Virus record (IMG/VR): IMGVR_UViG_3300047445_000186
Coordinates: 248,001-312,000 of that record
DNA length: 64,000 bases
Direction: 5' to 3' (one strand)
A model generated the notes under the pieces. That model was not told the DNA's origin. It did not search any database and saw only the letters and a list, made by a program, of their open reading frames with translations. The position numbers and the translations under genes were made by a program. This document shows positions 1 through 9,174 of this stretch, piece after piece (positions within the stretch are counted from its first letter, which is position 1; every line of letters starts with the position of its first letter).

Positions 1-369
1 CCACCATGCCACATGTTCGCGCAGTTCTTCTTGTCGAACAAGAACGAGCTGAGCTGCCAAATGTACCAGCGCTCGGTTGACGTGTTCCTCGGCTTGCCGT
101 ACAACATCGCGTCGTACGCAGCACTGACGCACATGATTGCTCGAGTGATCGGTGCTGAGGTTGGTGAGCTGATCATGGTTCTCGGCGACACGCACATTTA
201 TCAGAATCACATCGATCAAGTGAAGCTCCAGCTCAGCCGCGAACGATTCGATCTGCCAAAGCTCGTGATCAGCGGTGAGCAAAAATCCATTGACGATTTC
301 AAGCTCGCCGATTTCTCCCTTGAAGGTTACCAGTGTCACGAAGCGATCAACGCCACAATGGCGATCTGA
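1..369 (+). CDS. thyA: Thymidylate synthase, C-terminal part (5' truncated by window edge)
   Basis: Frame from base 1 reads PPCHM (catalytic Cys) then QMYQRSVDVFLGLPYNIASY and GDTHIYQNH. Confidence 0.95.
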   Translation, partial: PPCHMFAQFFLSNKNELSCQMYQRSVDVFLGLPYNIASYAALTHMIARVIGAEVGELIMVLGDTHIYQNHIDQVKLQLSRERFDLPKLVISGEQKSIDDFKLADFSLEGYQCHEAINATMAI

Positions 370-854
370 AGCCATCGGTTTTCTATCGGTACATCCGCCC
401 GGCTCGGTTCCTTGAGAACCGCGCTGAGGTCGTCGTATCGCCGAACGGTGGGGTGTGTCTTCGTTTCGAGATCTACAGCGGTCAGCTCTGGTTCACGTTC
501 GCTCGTGGATCTTCAAAGGACCGATTCTCAAAGGACGTCGCTAAGAAGATCGCGGATCATCGCTCGATGTCGGCACGAATCGTTCCAATCGGCGATATCA
601 CTCCGTTCGCAGGAATTCTGCCAAAGGTCACGAAGGATACGGACGAGCTGATCACGCTCGTGATCGACTGGTGCCTGACTTGGTCAGCCCCTGAAACGCC
701 AACTGGGAAATTCCTTCAGGTCGAGTACGATGAGCTCGCGAAACAGCTCGCGGAAATTCGCTTGAAAAATTCCCAGCAAGAAAAAACCGCCGAAGAATGG
801 AAATCCATTCAGGCTGCAGCAAATTTCGCAGGACAATATCGTGCTCCAACGTGA
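333..854 (+). CDS. Hypothetical protein (start uncertain)
   Basis: ORF fills gap between thyA and macro gene, overlapping both. Confidence 0.65.
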   Translation: MSRSDQRHNGDLKPSVFYRYIRPARFLENRAEVVVSPNGGVCLRFEIYSGQLWFTFARGSSKDRFSKDVAKKIADHRSMSARIVPIGDITPFAGILPKVTKDTDELITLVIDWCLTWSAPETPTGKFLQVEYDELAKQLAEIRLKNSQQEKTAEEWKSIQAAANFAGQYRAPT

Positions 855-1362
855 AGGCAATCTCCTTGACCATGTCAAGGCTGGGATCATCGTTCAACAA
901 GTGAACGCCCAAGGCGTAATGGGATCTGGGATCGCGAAATCGATTCGAGATAAGTGGCCGGTCGTCTGGGAAGAGTACTCAAGGGTGGTTCGTCAGAGCA
1001 CGATTGACATGGGCGCCGGGTACATGGGGATGATCATTCCAGTCGAAGTCGAGAAGAACCTCTGGGTCGTGAACATCGTCGGCCAACAGTTCTATGGTCG
1101 TGAACCTGGGAAACGACCTGGCGGACGGTACACCTCGTACGACGCGCTTGACCTCGGCTTCCAGCGACTAGGCGCATTCGCTCTCGAGAACATGATCGTC
1201 GAAGATGGGCACTACACTGGATACCCGCAAATTCACTTCCCCTTGATCGGCTGCGGTCTTGGTGGCGGTAAGTGGAGTGTCGTTCAGGCGCTGATCAAGG
1301 ATCGGCTGCCTGGATTCCACAAGTTCCTTTGGACCCTTCCGGGGACGAAGGTACCGGCCTGA
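841..1362 (+). CDS. Macro-domain (ADP-ribose binding/hydrolase) protein
   Basis: GNLLD..IIVQQVNAQGVMGSGIAKSI and FPLIGCGLGGGKW macro motifs. Confidence 0.9.
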   Translation: MLQREGNLLDHVKAGIIVQQVNAQGVMGSGIAKSIRDKWPVVWEEYSRVVRQSTIDMGAGYMGMIIPVEVEKNLWVVNIVGQQFYGREPGKRPGGRYTSYDALDLGFQRLGAFALENMIVEDGHYTGYPQIHFPLIGCGLGGGKWSVVQALIKDRLPGFHKFLWTLPGTKVPA

Positions 1363-1403
1363 CGCCTAAATATCAGGTCAAGAACACCGCTTAGCGGGAT
1401 TAT

Positions 1404-1577
1404 ATGGGACAACACATCAACACAAAGTCTACCAAGCGCAAGGTCAAAGAGCACGACGAAGGTGCTCGCCGTCAGCGCACGTCTTTCAAGCAGTACCTCC
1501 GGAATCTGGAAGAGTCCCTGCTTGAAGAAGAACTGGAAGACGACCTCGACGACTTGACAGGCTTGAACGACGAGTAA
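1404..1577 (+). CDS. Small 57-aa protein, basic N-half and acidic C-tail (not in ORF track)
   Basis: Own translation MGQHINTKSTKRKVKEHDEG..LEEELEDDLDDLTGLNDE; TAAATA at 1367. Confidence 0.65.
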   Translation: MGQHINTKSTKRKVKEHDEGARRQRTSFKQYLRNLEESLLEEELEDDLDDLTGLNDE

Positions 1578-1632
1578 CCCGGTTGGATTGAGGTTTGGTC
1601 TGTAAATAGCAGATCAAACTCCGAGTCCAACC

Positions 1633-2109
1633 ATGTTCGTCGTTCCCCTGATCGGTGACAGCATTGATGTCGGTGCAGGTGTTACGCACACTGTACTGTC
1701 TTATGCTGCGCTCAAAGATCAACCTGCAGTGTACGTTGAAAGCGAAGGTGCTGACACGCAAAGTGTCGAGTTCTCCGCGATCAAGAAAATCAACGGCACC
1801 CCAGTCACCCTGAGCACCAGCAAGATCTTCACTGCTAGTTCGCTCGTGAAGCGCACTGTCCAGCTCCCGCAGCCGGGTGACAAGGTCACTGTTGGCGGCC
1901 AGGTCCTGAAGGTAAAGGCTCTGAAACTCCGAGAACATGGAAAGCTGACGAACGGTCTGCTGGTAGCAGGTGTACCAGAAGGCTCGGACGAAGTAACCAC
2001 GGTTCGCGCATCTCAGATCGATCGGATCGAACGCGCGAATGGCGACACGAATTTCAAGCGTGCCGCTTTCCTGTCTCTGTACAAAGAGTTTCTTGGTGTC
2101 AAAGGGTAA
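1633..2109 (+). CDS. Hypothetical late protein
   Basis: TAAATA at 1603-1608 upstream; phage-typical codon use. Confidence 0.7.
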   Translation: MFVVPLIGDSIDVGAGVTHTVLSYAALKDQPAVYVESEGADTQSVEFSAIKKINGTPVTLSTSKIFTASSLVKRTVQLPQPGDKVTVGGQVLKVKALKLREHGKLTNGLLVAGVPEGSDEVTTVRASQIDRIERANGDTNFKRAAFLSLYKEFLGVKG

Positions 2110-2111
2110 TC

Positions 2112-2729
2112 ATGTCTCTGTTCAACACGGTTCTGAATGCAATTTCCGTCTTCGTCGGTAAGACGCACTGGAAGACGAAGAAAGAAATCTCGGCTGATCA
2201 CAAGGAAGTGATCCGTCAGCTGCTCGCTAAGGACTACTACATCATCCTTACGAACAACAGCAATCACCTCTCCTCGTACGCAATCAGCTTCGCGCAGTTC
2301 CTGATCACTGGCAAGTTCGGCTTCTGGTCGCACATCCTGATGAATACTGAAGGCGAAGTCCAGACTGACGAAGACTTCCGTCTGATCGAAGCCGTTGGTG
2401 ATGGCGTGCACTTCACCCCGTTCGACGAGGTGTTCAAGGTTCAGAAGGTCGCACTGATGAAGCCAAAGAGCATGACGATCGACAAGTGGACGGCAGTTCT
2501 CGAGAAGGCGAAGACCGAACTCGGTAAGCCGTACGACACGATCTTCGATCTGAAGAGCGACTCGGCTCTGAGCTGCGTTGAACTCGTCCGCACTGCCCTG
2601 ATGGCCGAGCCAGACTACATGCAGAACTTCGCTGCATTTGAGAACATGGTTCAATCGCACAAGAACCTCACGCCTGGCATGTTCTACACATGCCCAGACT
2701 TTGAAGTTGTTTTCGCGGTGAAAGCATGA
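2112..2729 (+). CDS. Permuted papain-like amidase (YiiX/YebB-like NlpC/P60)
   Basis: His in FWSHILM precedes Cys in PYDTIFDLKSDSALSCVELV. Confidence 0.75.
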   Translation: MSLFNTVLNAISVFVGKTHWKTKKEISADHKEVIRQLLAKDYYIILTNNSNHLSSYAISFAQFLITGKFGFWSHILMNTEGEVQTDEDFRLIEAVGDGVHFTPFDEVFKVQKVALMKPKSMTIDKWTAVLEKAKTELGKPYDTIFDLKSDSALSCVELVRTALMAEPDYMQNFAAFENMVQSHKNLTPGMFYTCPDFEVVFAVKA

Positions 2730-2881
2730 AGATCCTTAGCGACACGAACGTCACCAAGGCGGATCTCGATGCGGTGAAGGCGGCTTATCGTCGTCGACTT
2801 CGCGAACTTCGGGTTATCGTGTACGGCGGTGCTGTACTGAACTTGCTCACAACTGCATTCCTCGTTCTGACAAGATCGTAA
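2726..2881 (+). CDS. Small protein with C-terminal hydrophobic segment (51 aa, not in track)
   Basis: ATGA overlap with upstream stop; MKILSD..VIVYGGAVLNLLTTAFLVLTRS. Confidence 0.6.
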   Translation: MKILSDTNVTKADLDAVKAAYRRRLRELRVIVYGGAVLNLLTTAFLVLTRS

Positions 2882-2964
2882 GGGGGCGAGTTTAGAGGCA
2901 TTAGGTGGCAGATAGCGTTACAGTTTTCTGTGAACGTTACGAATTCATGGCGTACAATACATCC

Positions 2965-3249
2965 ATGAACGAACAACCCCTCCTGCAAAAAGTCGAACAG
3001 GTCTACACGGTCAGGATCGTCGGTGAATTCACGATGATCACGCCGAAGGACGACTTCAGCCAACCGTTCCGAATCCGGGAAAAGGACGGAGTGTTCATCG
3101 TGTCCAAGGGCTGGACCGAGCGGGTCTGGGAACCACTGAAGTGGCAGAAGAAGAAATCCTGCGCCACGATGAACGAGGTGTACGACTACCTCATCAAGGA
3201 CTGGAACAAATCCGCCAAGATCGCCGGCATGAGCAGGACTCCCATATGA
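2965..3249 (+). CDS. Small early hypothetical protein, probably leaderless
   Basis: TACAAT(2953)-ACATCC-ATG. Confidence 0.7.
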   Translation: MNEQPLLQKVEQVYTVRIVGEFTMITPKDDFSQPFRIREKDGVFIVSKGWTERVWEPLKWQKKKSCATMNEVYDYLIKDWNKSAKIAGMSRTPI

Positions 3250-3455
3250 ACGGCGAGTACGTCCACAAGCCCCAGCCGAGGCCCGGCAAGTGCCACATCT
3301 TCAAGTCGTGGAACGGGTTCTGGTACCTGAACTCGAACAACGTGGAGGACTGGGTCCTCGCTGATAAGGCCCGCGTGCACTGCATCACGCGGAACAACGT
3401 CATTCGCGAACGCAATCGCGAGATTCTCGAAGCATCGCTAGGAGTTCTGAAATGA
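3246..3455 (+). CDS. Small early hypothetical protein
   Basis: ATGA-coupled chain of small ORFs. Confidence 0.65.
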   Translation: MNGEYVHKPQPRPGKCHIFKSWNGFWYLNSNNVEDWVLADKARVHCITRNNVIRERNREILEASLGVLK

Positions 3456-3721
3456 GCCAACTCGTGATCTACAACTGGTCCTGCAAGAAGCTCAAGGACC
3501 AGCTCGTTCTGACCGGCTTCGTGTCTGGTCATCCCACCGTTCCCGACGGGAACTTCGTGAACGCGACTTCGCCGGTCGTCGGGATCGTGCAGAAGCACAA
3601 TCAGACGTTCGCGCAGACCAAGAGCGGTCGCGAGTACCGCCTCGGCTTCGTTTCGACTGAGCACGAGACGTCGCACCCGAACGCCCGCGAGGGCTTGATC
3701 AAACTGTTCTCGAAAGGCTGA
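3452..3721 (+). CDS. Small hypothetical protein
   Basis: ATGA-coupled; GFVSGHP..DG..TS..TKSGREYRLG pattern. Confidence 0.7.
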   Translation: MSQLVIYNWSCKKLKDQLVLTGFVSGHPTVPDGNFVNATSPVVGIVQKHNQTFAQTKSGREYRLGFVSTEHETSHPNAREGLIKLFSKG

Positions 3722-3723
3722 TC

Positions 3724-4008
3724 ATGACCGCTTTCTACCCAAAGCCACACGGACCGGAACCTCGCTTCGAGCTGAAGGTGTACTGGGCTGACGCGTGCAA
3801 TTGCTTGCACGTGAACACGGTCGTCTTGCACACTCCCTCGAGCGTCGAAGCGTTCGCGAAGCGCGAGATGAAGTGGGAAGCCACGGTCCGCTGCGTCTGC
3901 CCCGCTCTCGAGATCGACGTGGAAGGCGACTTCGTCGGCGTCTCGCACCCCCAAGACCTGTTCGAGCGTCGGAAAAGCGACGCTGTCGTGGAGAATTGGC
4001 AGCTATGA
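3724..4008 (+). CDS. Small hypothetical protein
   Basis: Tiled in early array. Confidence 0.6.
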   Translation: MTAFYPKPHGPEPRFELKVYWADACNCLHVNTVVLHTPSSVEAFAKREMKWEATVRCVCPALEIDVEGDFVGVSHPQDLFERRKSDAVVENWQL

Positions 4009-4169
4009 CACGAGTGAAAGTCACGATCACGTCTGAAAATGGCGAAGTGCTTGACACAATCTTTGTGGATGGCACATACCTTGAGGGTACCGCCGCCCAC
4101 CCCGAGAACATGCTTGGCGCTGCGATAGTTGAAGTCATCGAAGAAAACTTCGAGACCTCTGAGAGCTGA
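4005..4169 (+). CDS. Small hypothetical protein (MTRVKVT...)
   Basis: ATG overlaps previous stop. Confidence 0.55.
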   Translation: MTRVKVTITSENGEVLDTIFVDGTYLEGTAAHPENMLGAAIVEVIEENFETSES

Positions 4170-4227
4170 TCGTTACACTTTCGGCGATCGTTACAAGGTG
4201 GGCGCGTGGATGTTGTACAATACATCC

Positions 4228-4524
4228 ATGAACAAAATCACCTTCTCCACCGGCCCCGGTTCCAAGGACATCCTGCTTAACGGCATCGTGATCGGTCACA
4301 TGACCGGTGGCCGCGAAGTCTGGGTGGAATTCGGCAATCACGAGTTCGTCGCGCGCTTCAAGTACCGCTCGCCCATGGTGGTCGCGAAGTACACGATCCG
4401 CGAGCTCCTGAAGCGCCGCACACCCGAGGAAATCCTCGCGAAGGTCAAGGCTGGTGTGTACGCCGGAACGCAGCTCCAAGAGCTCGGCATCCCACACTAC
4501 TGGGCGACGAAGGAAGCACGATGA
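4228..4524 (+). CDS. Small early hypothetical protein, probably leaderless
   Basis: TACAAT(4216)-ACATCC-ATG. Confidence 0.7.
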   Translation: MNKITFSTGPGSKDILLNGIVIGHMTGGREVWVEFGNHEFVARFKYRSPMVVAKYTIRELLKRRTPEEILAKVKAGVYAGTQLQELGIPHYWATKEAR

Positions 4525-4796
4525 TCGAGATCGAAATCACCTCCGCCGAATCCACGAACGGGTGGTTCCTGATCTGCGGTCATGGTTGCGACACGGTCGC
4601 CGAGGCCGAGCGGTACATGCAGATGAAGCCCTCGGCCCTGCGGTACCGCGTGAACGGCGGTGATTGGGTCGGCCCAGAAGCTGCGCCTCCAGCTCCGCCC
4701 GCTCCGAAGCCGGAACCCCTCGATCACGCGGTCAAGATCAACCAGACCGCGCTGAAAGAAGTCATCCGCATTCTGAAGGAGTTCGAACAGCGATGA
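4521..4796 (+). CDS. Small hypothetical protein
   Basis: ATGA-coupled. Confidence 0.65.
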   Translation: MIEIEITSAESTNGWFLICGHGCDTVAEAERYMQMKPSALRYRVNGGDWVGPEAAPPAPPAPKPEPLDHAVKINQTALKEVIRILKEFEQR

Positions 4797-4996
4797 TCAC
4801 CACACGCATTGCCCCAGGAATGTACAAGATCTCGGACGGAACGAACGAGGTTGAAGTCTTCCGGAACGATTTCTGGGACGGCCCTGCGTGGATCGCGCTA
4901 GCCTGCTGGGACAAGCACACCGTCACAGACCCGGTGCCGACCAAGCGCCAGGCTGTGATTCACGCGAAACAAATGCTCGAAAGGAAAAAGTCATGA
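4793..4996 (+). CDS. Small hypothetical protein
   Basis: ATGA-coupled. Confidence 0.65.
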   Translation: MITTRIAPGMYKISDGTNEVEVFRNDFWDGPAWIALACWDKHTVTDPVPTKRQAVIHAKQMLERKKS

Positions 4997-5310
4997 GCGC
5001 GTCCTTGTTGGAATGGACTCTGCACTTCAACTTGCGCTCGCCCGAGGGGCGACAGTTCCAAATTCGCCCATGTGGAAATCTGCCGCTCTTTCTCGTGTTC
5101 CTGAACGGCGAGTACATTTTGCACGGCCGAATCGACAAGTTCAAGCCGAAGAAGAAGCAGGTCTGGGAGATCTGCTTGCCCGATAATCTTCGCGAGCCGA
5201 TCGTGACGTATCAGCCCGATGACATCGACACGTTCTTCAAGGACCTGATCGCGGGCAAGTTCGAACCGGAACTTGCGAGTGTTCTGCCGCAGCCAGCAGG
5301 CGTTCACTAG
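4993..5310 (+). CDS. Small hypothetical protein
   Basis: ATGA-coupled, ends convergent with next gene. Confidence 0.65.
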   Translation: MSASLLEWTLHFNLRSPEGRQFQIRPCGNLPLFLVFLNGEYILHGRIDKFKPKKKQVWEICLPDNLREPIVTYQPDDIDTFFKDLIAGKFEPELASVLPQPAGVH

Positions 5311-5316
5311 TCTCGA

Positions 5317-5799
5317 TCAGCACTCCTGAGTTTCCTTGTAGTACTCATCCTCGATGAACGCGTGGTAATCGGCGAACGCGTCACCATCGACCTTGCGGTA
5401 CGTGTACCCGTTCAGCTTCCAGCGCTTTATGAACCTGTTGTACAGCTTCGCTCTGCTCGGGCCCTTTGTCTTGTCTGCTTCGAAGAACACGACTGATGGC
5501 TTGAGCATCTTGAGCGCATCCTCAAGGAATTTCTTCGCGGCTGCGAAGATCGCGAGCTGATCACCATCCCCCGTGGCGTCGTACGTTTCGCCATCTTCAT
5601 TGTAGCGATCGTCGTCCTCATCGTCCTCGCCATCGCCTAGTTGGACGAATGTGAAGTTCCATTTGCTGTCGTCCGGCCACCTGTCCATTCGAAATTCAAT
5701 CTCGCGGCCACCGAACTTGGCTCGAGCCCGGTAGGATTTCCCATTGTCTTTTACGACAGTGAGAGTGGTGTTCGTGTTCAGGATTTCGAAGATTTTCAT
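5317..5799 (-). CDS. Late hypothetical protein with MKIFEIL leader
   Basis: Minus strand TAAATA-GGAG-T-ATG directly upstream. Confidence 0.75.
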   Translation of the reverse strand: MKIFEILNTNTTLTVVKDNGKSYRARAKFGGREIEFRMDRWPDDSKWNFTFVQLGDGEDDEDDDRYNEDGETYDATGDGDQLAIFAAAKKFLEDALKMLKPSVVFFEADKTKGPSRAKLYNRFIKRWKLNGYTYRKVDGDAFADYHAFIEDEYYKETQEC

Positions 5800-5892
5800 A
5801 CTCCTATTTACGAGGTGTTCGTCCCGGTCCTGATTCGAGGACTCCAGTGCGGTGTATCTTTCTTACGATACACCCTCATCACTGGAGTTCAA

Positions 5893-7008
5893 ATGTTTCC
5901 CTCGATCGCAAAACTTGACGACTTGCTGCCGTTCGTTCAATCGAACAAGCAGATTCGCGTAAAGCCGTGCGACACGACTGGCCATACGGTCGTGTGCTAC
6001 ATGGTTCAAGACGAAGACACGTTCGACGGGGATCATCATGAATTCGCACGTGAATGCCGTGGTATCTCGTTCGACAAGAACGGCAAGATCAGCGCCCGCA
6101 CGATGCACAAGTTCTTCAACGTTGGCGAGCGTCCTGAAACGCAGCCTGACGTGATCAACTGGCGGGAAGTCACGCGGATCATGGAGAAGCGCGACGGCTC
6201 GATGGTAACACCTGTGTTACTCACCGAGAAGACCTTCAAGTTCAAGACGAAGAAGTCGTTCACGACTCCCGAAGCTGGACTGGCCGACTCGATCTGCCGT
6301 GAAGATCTGAACAAGTACCAGTGGGTGCTCCGGCTCCTGCAAGGCGGGTACACGCCGACTTTCGAGATCACTTCGCCACGGTTCCCGATCGTGGTCCGAT
6401 ACGAGAAGGACGAGCTCACGCTCCTGCATGTTCGCGAGAACGCGACTGGCCGGTACCTGTCGGCTGACGATCTGAAGTGGCTGCTTCCACCGTTCGCGCT
6501 TGTTCTCGATCACTCTGGCGAGTTCAAAGTGGACGGCGTTGTGAGCTGGGACAAGCTGAAGGTTGCGTCTGAAACGGCCGAAGGCATGGAAGGTTGGGTG
6601 ATCCAGTTCCGATCAGGCGAGATGGTGAAGCTGAAGACGAAGTGGTACATCGATTTGCATCACTCCGTGACGTTCACACGTTGGCGCGACATTGCTCGCA
6701 CCGTCTGTGCTGATCAGTCTGACGACTTGAAGGCTGCGTTCGCAATGGTTGGTCGCTCTGTCGAGCCGATCCTCCAGGTAGAGCGGAAGATCAAGTCTCG
6801 GATCGAGACTGTGGAACTGCTGGTGCGAGCATGTGTGCTGCACGCGAAAACGAACGGAATGTCGATCAAAGAAACGGCGCTGCACTTCAAGGAGAACGAG
6901 TTCTTCGGGCTGATCATGCGTTCGTTCCGTGATCAAGAAATCAACTGGGTAGAGTTCTACGAGAAGCACTACCTTGAACGAGACTTTGGATTGGAAGTTG
7001 TAGCATGA
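5893..7008 (+). CDS. rnlA: RNA ligase 1 (T4 Rnl1-like)
   Basis: KFFNVGE, motif I EKRDGS, TFE, EGWV..VKLKT; SD GGAG before ATG 5893. Confidence 0.92.
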   Translation: MFPSIAKLDDLLPFVQSNKQIRVKPCDTTGHTVVCYMVQDEDTFDGDHHEFARECRGISFDKNGKISARTMHKFFNVGERPETQPDVINWREVTRIMEKRDGSMVTPVLLTEKTFKFKTKKSFTTPEAGLADSICREDLNKYQWVLRLLQGGYTPTFEITSPRFPIVVRYEKDELTLLHVRENATGRYLSADDLKWLLPPFALVLDHSGEFKVDGVVSWDKLKVASETAEGMEGWVIQFRSGEMVKLKTKWYIDLHHSVTFTRWRDIARTVCADQSDDLKAAFAMVGRSVEPILQVERKIKSRIETVELLVRACVLHAKTNGMSIKETALHFKENEFFGLIMRSFRDQEINWVEFYEKHYLERDFGLEVVA

Positions 7009-7457
7009 GTTACTTTGATGAAGAGCGGGAGCCGCCAAGTAAGCAGGGTGAGAAGTACCTGCGCCCAATGGGCGTGAATGCTCCGCACTATCCGAACAAG
7101 TTCGAGCGGAAGAAGCTCGTGCAGATTCTGCAGAAGTCTGGAGGAGCCAGCGAAGAAGAGGTTCGCGAGCGCAAGGGTAATCGCCAAGCGCTCGCGCAAG
7201 CCCGCCGCTCTGACTATGGGAACGGGTCGAACAAGTCTCGCCTCGCGCTTCGTCGGGTTCGGAATGAGGTTGCTCAGCGCCTTGGCTTGAACGTGAACGA
7301 TCCGAAAGTCACGGCCGCGACAATGCAGGAGATCTGCGCGCCTTCAGTTCGTGACCGATGGTTCAGGCGGCCAACTGCAGCCTTTCAAGCAGCATGGGCC
7401 GCGCGCGGGCTGAAGGACAAACTGAACACACCAAGTCGTCCGAGGAAAAAGAAATGA
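7005..7457 (+). CDS. Basic hypothetical protein
   Basis: ATGA overlap with rnlA; Arg/Lys rich. Confidence 0.65.
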   Translation: MSYFDEEREPPSKQGEKYLRPMGVNAPHYPNKFERKKLVQILQKSGGASEEEVRERKGNRQALAQARRSDYGNGSNKSRLALRRVRNEVAQRLGLNVNDPKVTAATMQEICAPSVRDRWFRRPTAAFQAAWAARGLKDKLNTPSRPRKKK

Positions 7458-7831
7458 AAAATCCTGAACCCTCTTACCTCGCGTTCGCGGAAGCGATTCG
7501 CGTGCAAATCAAGCAGATCTTCGACGCACCTCCTGACGCGTCGACTTTGCAATGGCAGATCCTTCACCTTGTTGATCAGCTTGCCGATTGCGGTCGAACG
7601 TCGATCCGTCTCGCTGGGCCGAGCATCATGGTCCCTCAAGGTCTTGACCGAGACGGGATCATAAAGTTCATGGACGACATCAGCAAGGCCAGCGAACCTG
7701 CGACGATCACTGACGCGCAGATCGATCAGATCCTGCTCGAGTCCGGGACAACTGGTGAAAAGCAGGTCTGGTTCCAACGGCCAGAAGCTCGGAAAGCTGT
7801 CAAGAAAGCATTCACGCTCGGACAGCAGTGA
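7454..7831 (+). CDS. Hypothetical protein
   Basis: ATGA overlap; followed by terminator. Confidence 0.65.
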   Translation: MKNPEPSYLAFAEAIRVQIKQIFDAPPDASTLQWQILHLVDQLADCGRTSIRLAGPSIMVPQGLDRDGIIKFMDDISKASEPATITDAQIDQILLESGTTGEKQVWFQRPEARKAVKKAFTLGQQ

Positions 7832-7849
7832 GGCTCACCAGAAGCAACC

Positions 7850-7878
7850 GAGGGACCCTAGGGTCCCTCTTTTGTTTA
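7850..7878. terminator. Bidirectional intrinsic terminator, perfect palindrome GAGGGACCCTAGGGTCCCTC
   Basis: Between convergent genes, followed by T-rich run; identical copy at 22562. Confidence 0.8.
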
Positions 7879-7909
7879 GCTATACACCCAGCGCACCGGG
7901 TGTCTCTCG

Positions 7910-8689
7910 TTAAGCTCTACGAACTCCATCCTGACGGACGCCGTCGCTGAAGGAATGACGAGTTGCGGTTGGCTTCGCGTCTGGGCTGTCCAGGTGGCGG
8001 AGCAGTTCAGCAACGAGTGGCGAACGCTGAATGTCGCTGTAGCTGAACTCAACCACGTTGACCATGTTCGTTCGACCAGCGAGCTTACGGCAGATCCACT
8101 CAAGGCCGTTCTCAGTGACACCGCGAAGATCGCACTGCGATGCGTCACCGTTCACAACGAATGTCGAATAGTTACCAGCACGAGTGACGAACAGTTTGAT
8201 CTGATCGATTGTCGTGTTCTGTGCTTCATCAAGAATCACGTACGAGTTGTTGAATGTTCGACCGCGCATGTACGCGAGTGGAGCGAATTCAACCTTGCCA
8301 GTATCAAGCAGCTTCTTGGCCATCGTGACGCCAACCAGTTCTTCCATGGCGTCGAGCAGAGGACGCAGGTAAGGGCTGATCTTTTCTTCGAATGTACCAG
8401 GAAGGAAGCCAAGGTTTTCACCTGCTTCGCAGATTGGACGAGTAAGAACGATCTTCGAAACTTCATTTGCGAGAAGCTTCTCAATCCCGACGGCCATACA
8501 GAGGAATGACTTACCAGATCCAGCAGGACCGGTGCCAATCGTGAGTGGAGCTGTTCTGAGAGACTCAAGATAGAAACCTTGAGCAGCAGTACGAGCTTGT
8601 GGCTGGAATTTCAGACGGATAACCTTTTGGCTTTCTTGGCTAATTGGTTGTGGATACTTCTGACGTGTGGTAGCGAGCTTACGACCCAT
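7910..8689 (-). CDS. phoH: PhoH-like ATPase
   Basis: GPAGSGKS, TRP, GFLPG, PLAYMRGRTF, ILDEAQN, GDASQCD. Confidence 0.95.
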   Translation of the reverse strand: MGRKLATTRQKYPQPISQESQKVIRLKFQPQARTAAQGFYLESLRTAPLTIGTGPAGSGKSFLCMAVGIEKLLANEVSKIVLTRPICEAGENLGFLPGTFEEKISPYLRPLLDAMEELVGVTMAKKLLDTGKVEFAPLAYMRGRTFNNSYVILDEAQNTTIDQIKLFVTRAGNYSTFVVNGDASQCDLRGVTENGLEWICRKLAGRTNMVNVVEFSYSDIQRSPLVAELLRHLDSPDAKPTATRHSFSDGVRQDGVRRA

Positions 8690-8900
8690 TTGATCCTCCT
8701 ACAGGACTGGGTGTGGTTGTGGAACGTCTGCCGATTGGAGACGCACGGTAACGATCAGAGGGGCATGTGAAAACCGCTGCAAAGCACATAAGCACTTGCC
8801 GATAGTAGGATTTGCCCTTGACGTTCTCAAGAACACTGCAGACGTGATGCTGCACTGTAGAGACTGGAAACTTAAGATGCACGTTGCAACTTCGTTGTAT
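8690..8900 (-). ncRNA. Candidate structured 5' leader RNA of phoH
   Basis: Minus-strand TAAATA at 8905-8910; nested inverted repeats closing at the GGAGG SD. Confidence 0.3.
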
Positions 8901-8958
8901 TCGGTATTTAGGCGGCCGGCGCCTATAAGTATCTTTGTAACATCAAATGGAGTACACA

Positions 8959-9174
8959 ATGTCCGGAGTATGGGTTGACGAGAAAGTCGTCGAAATTGCA
9001 CCGCCAGATACTTGGCCATCACTTGGGTTGGATTCGTTGTTCGTTGTAAAGAATCAGCTGCTCGATAAACTCTTCCTGTCGCGCGGTATGCCTGCTTATC
9101 AGGTCCCGTTGAATCGCGCACTTGCACAGGTCGAAGTCTTTATTTCGCAGAAGATGGGCTCTTCCGCTTTTTAG
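8959..9174 (+). CDS. Small hypothetical protein
   Basis: GGAG SD 6 nt before ATG. Confidence 0.6.
   Translation: MSGVWVDEKVVEIAPPDTWPSLGLDSLFVVKNQLLDKLFLSRGMPAYQVPLNRALAQVEVFISQKMGSSAF

Noticed and set aside
5641-5892. N-terminal extension of the Rnl1 ORF
   Set aside because: Overlaps the opposite-strand gene and its promoter; SD-led ATG at 5893 is better
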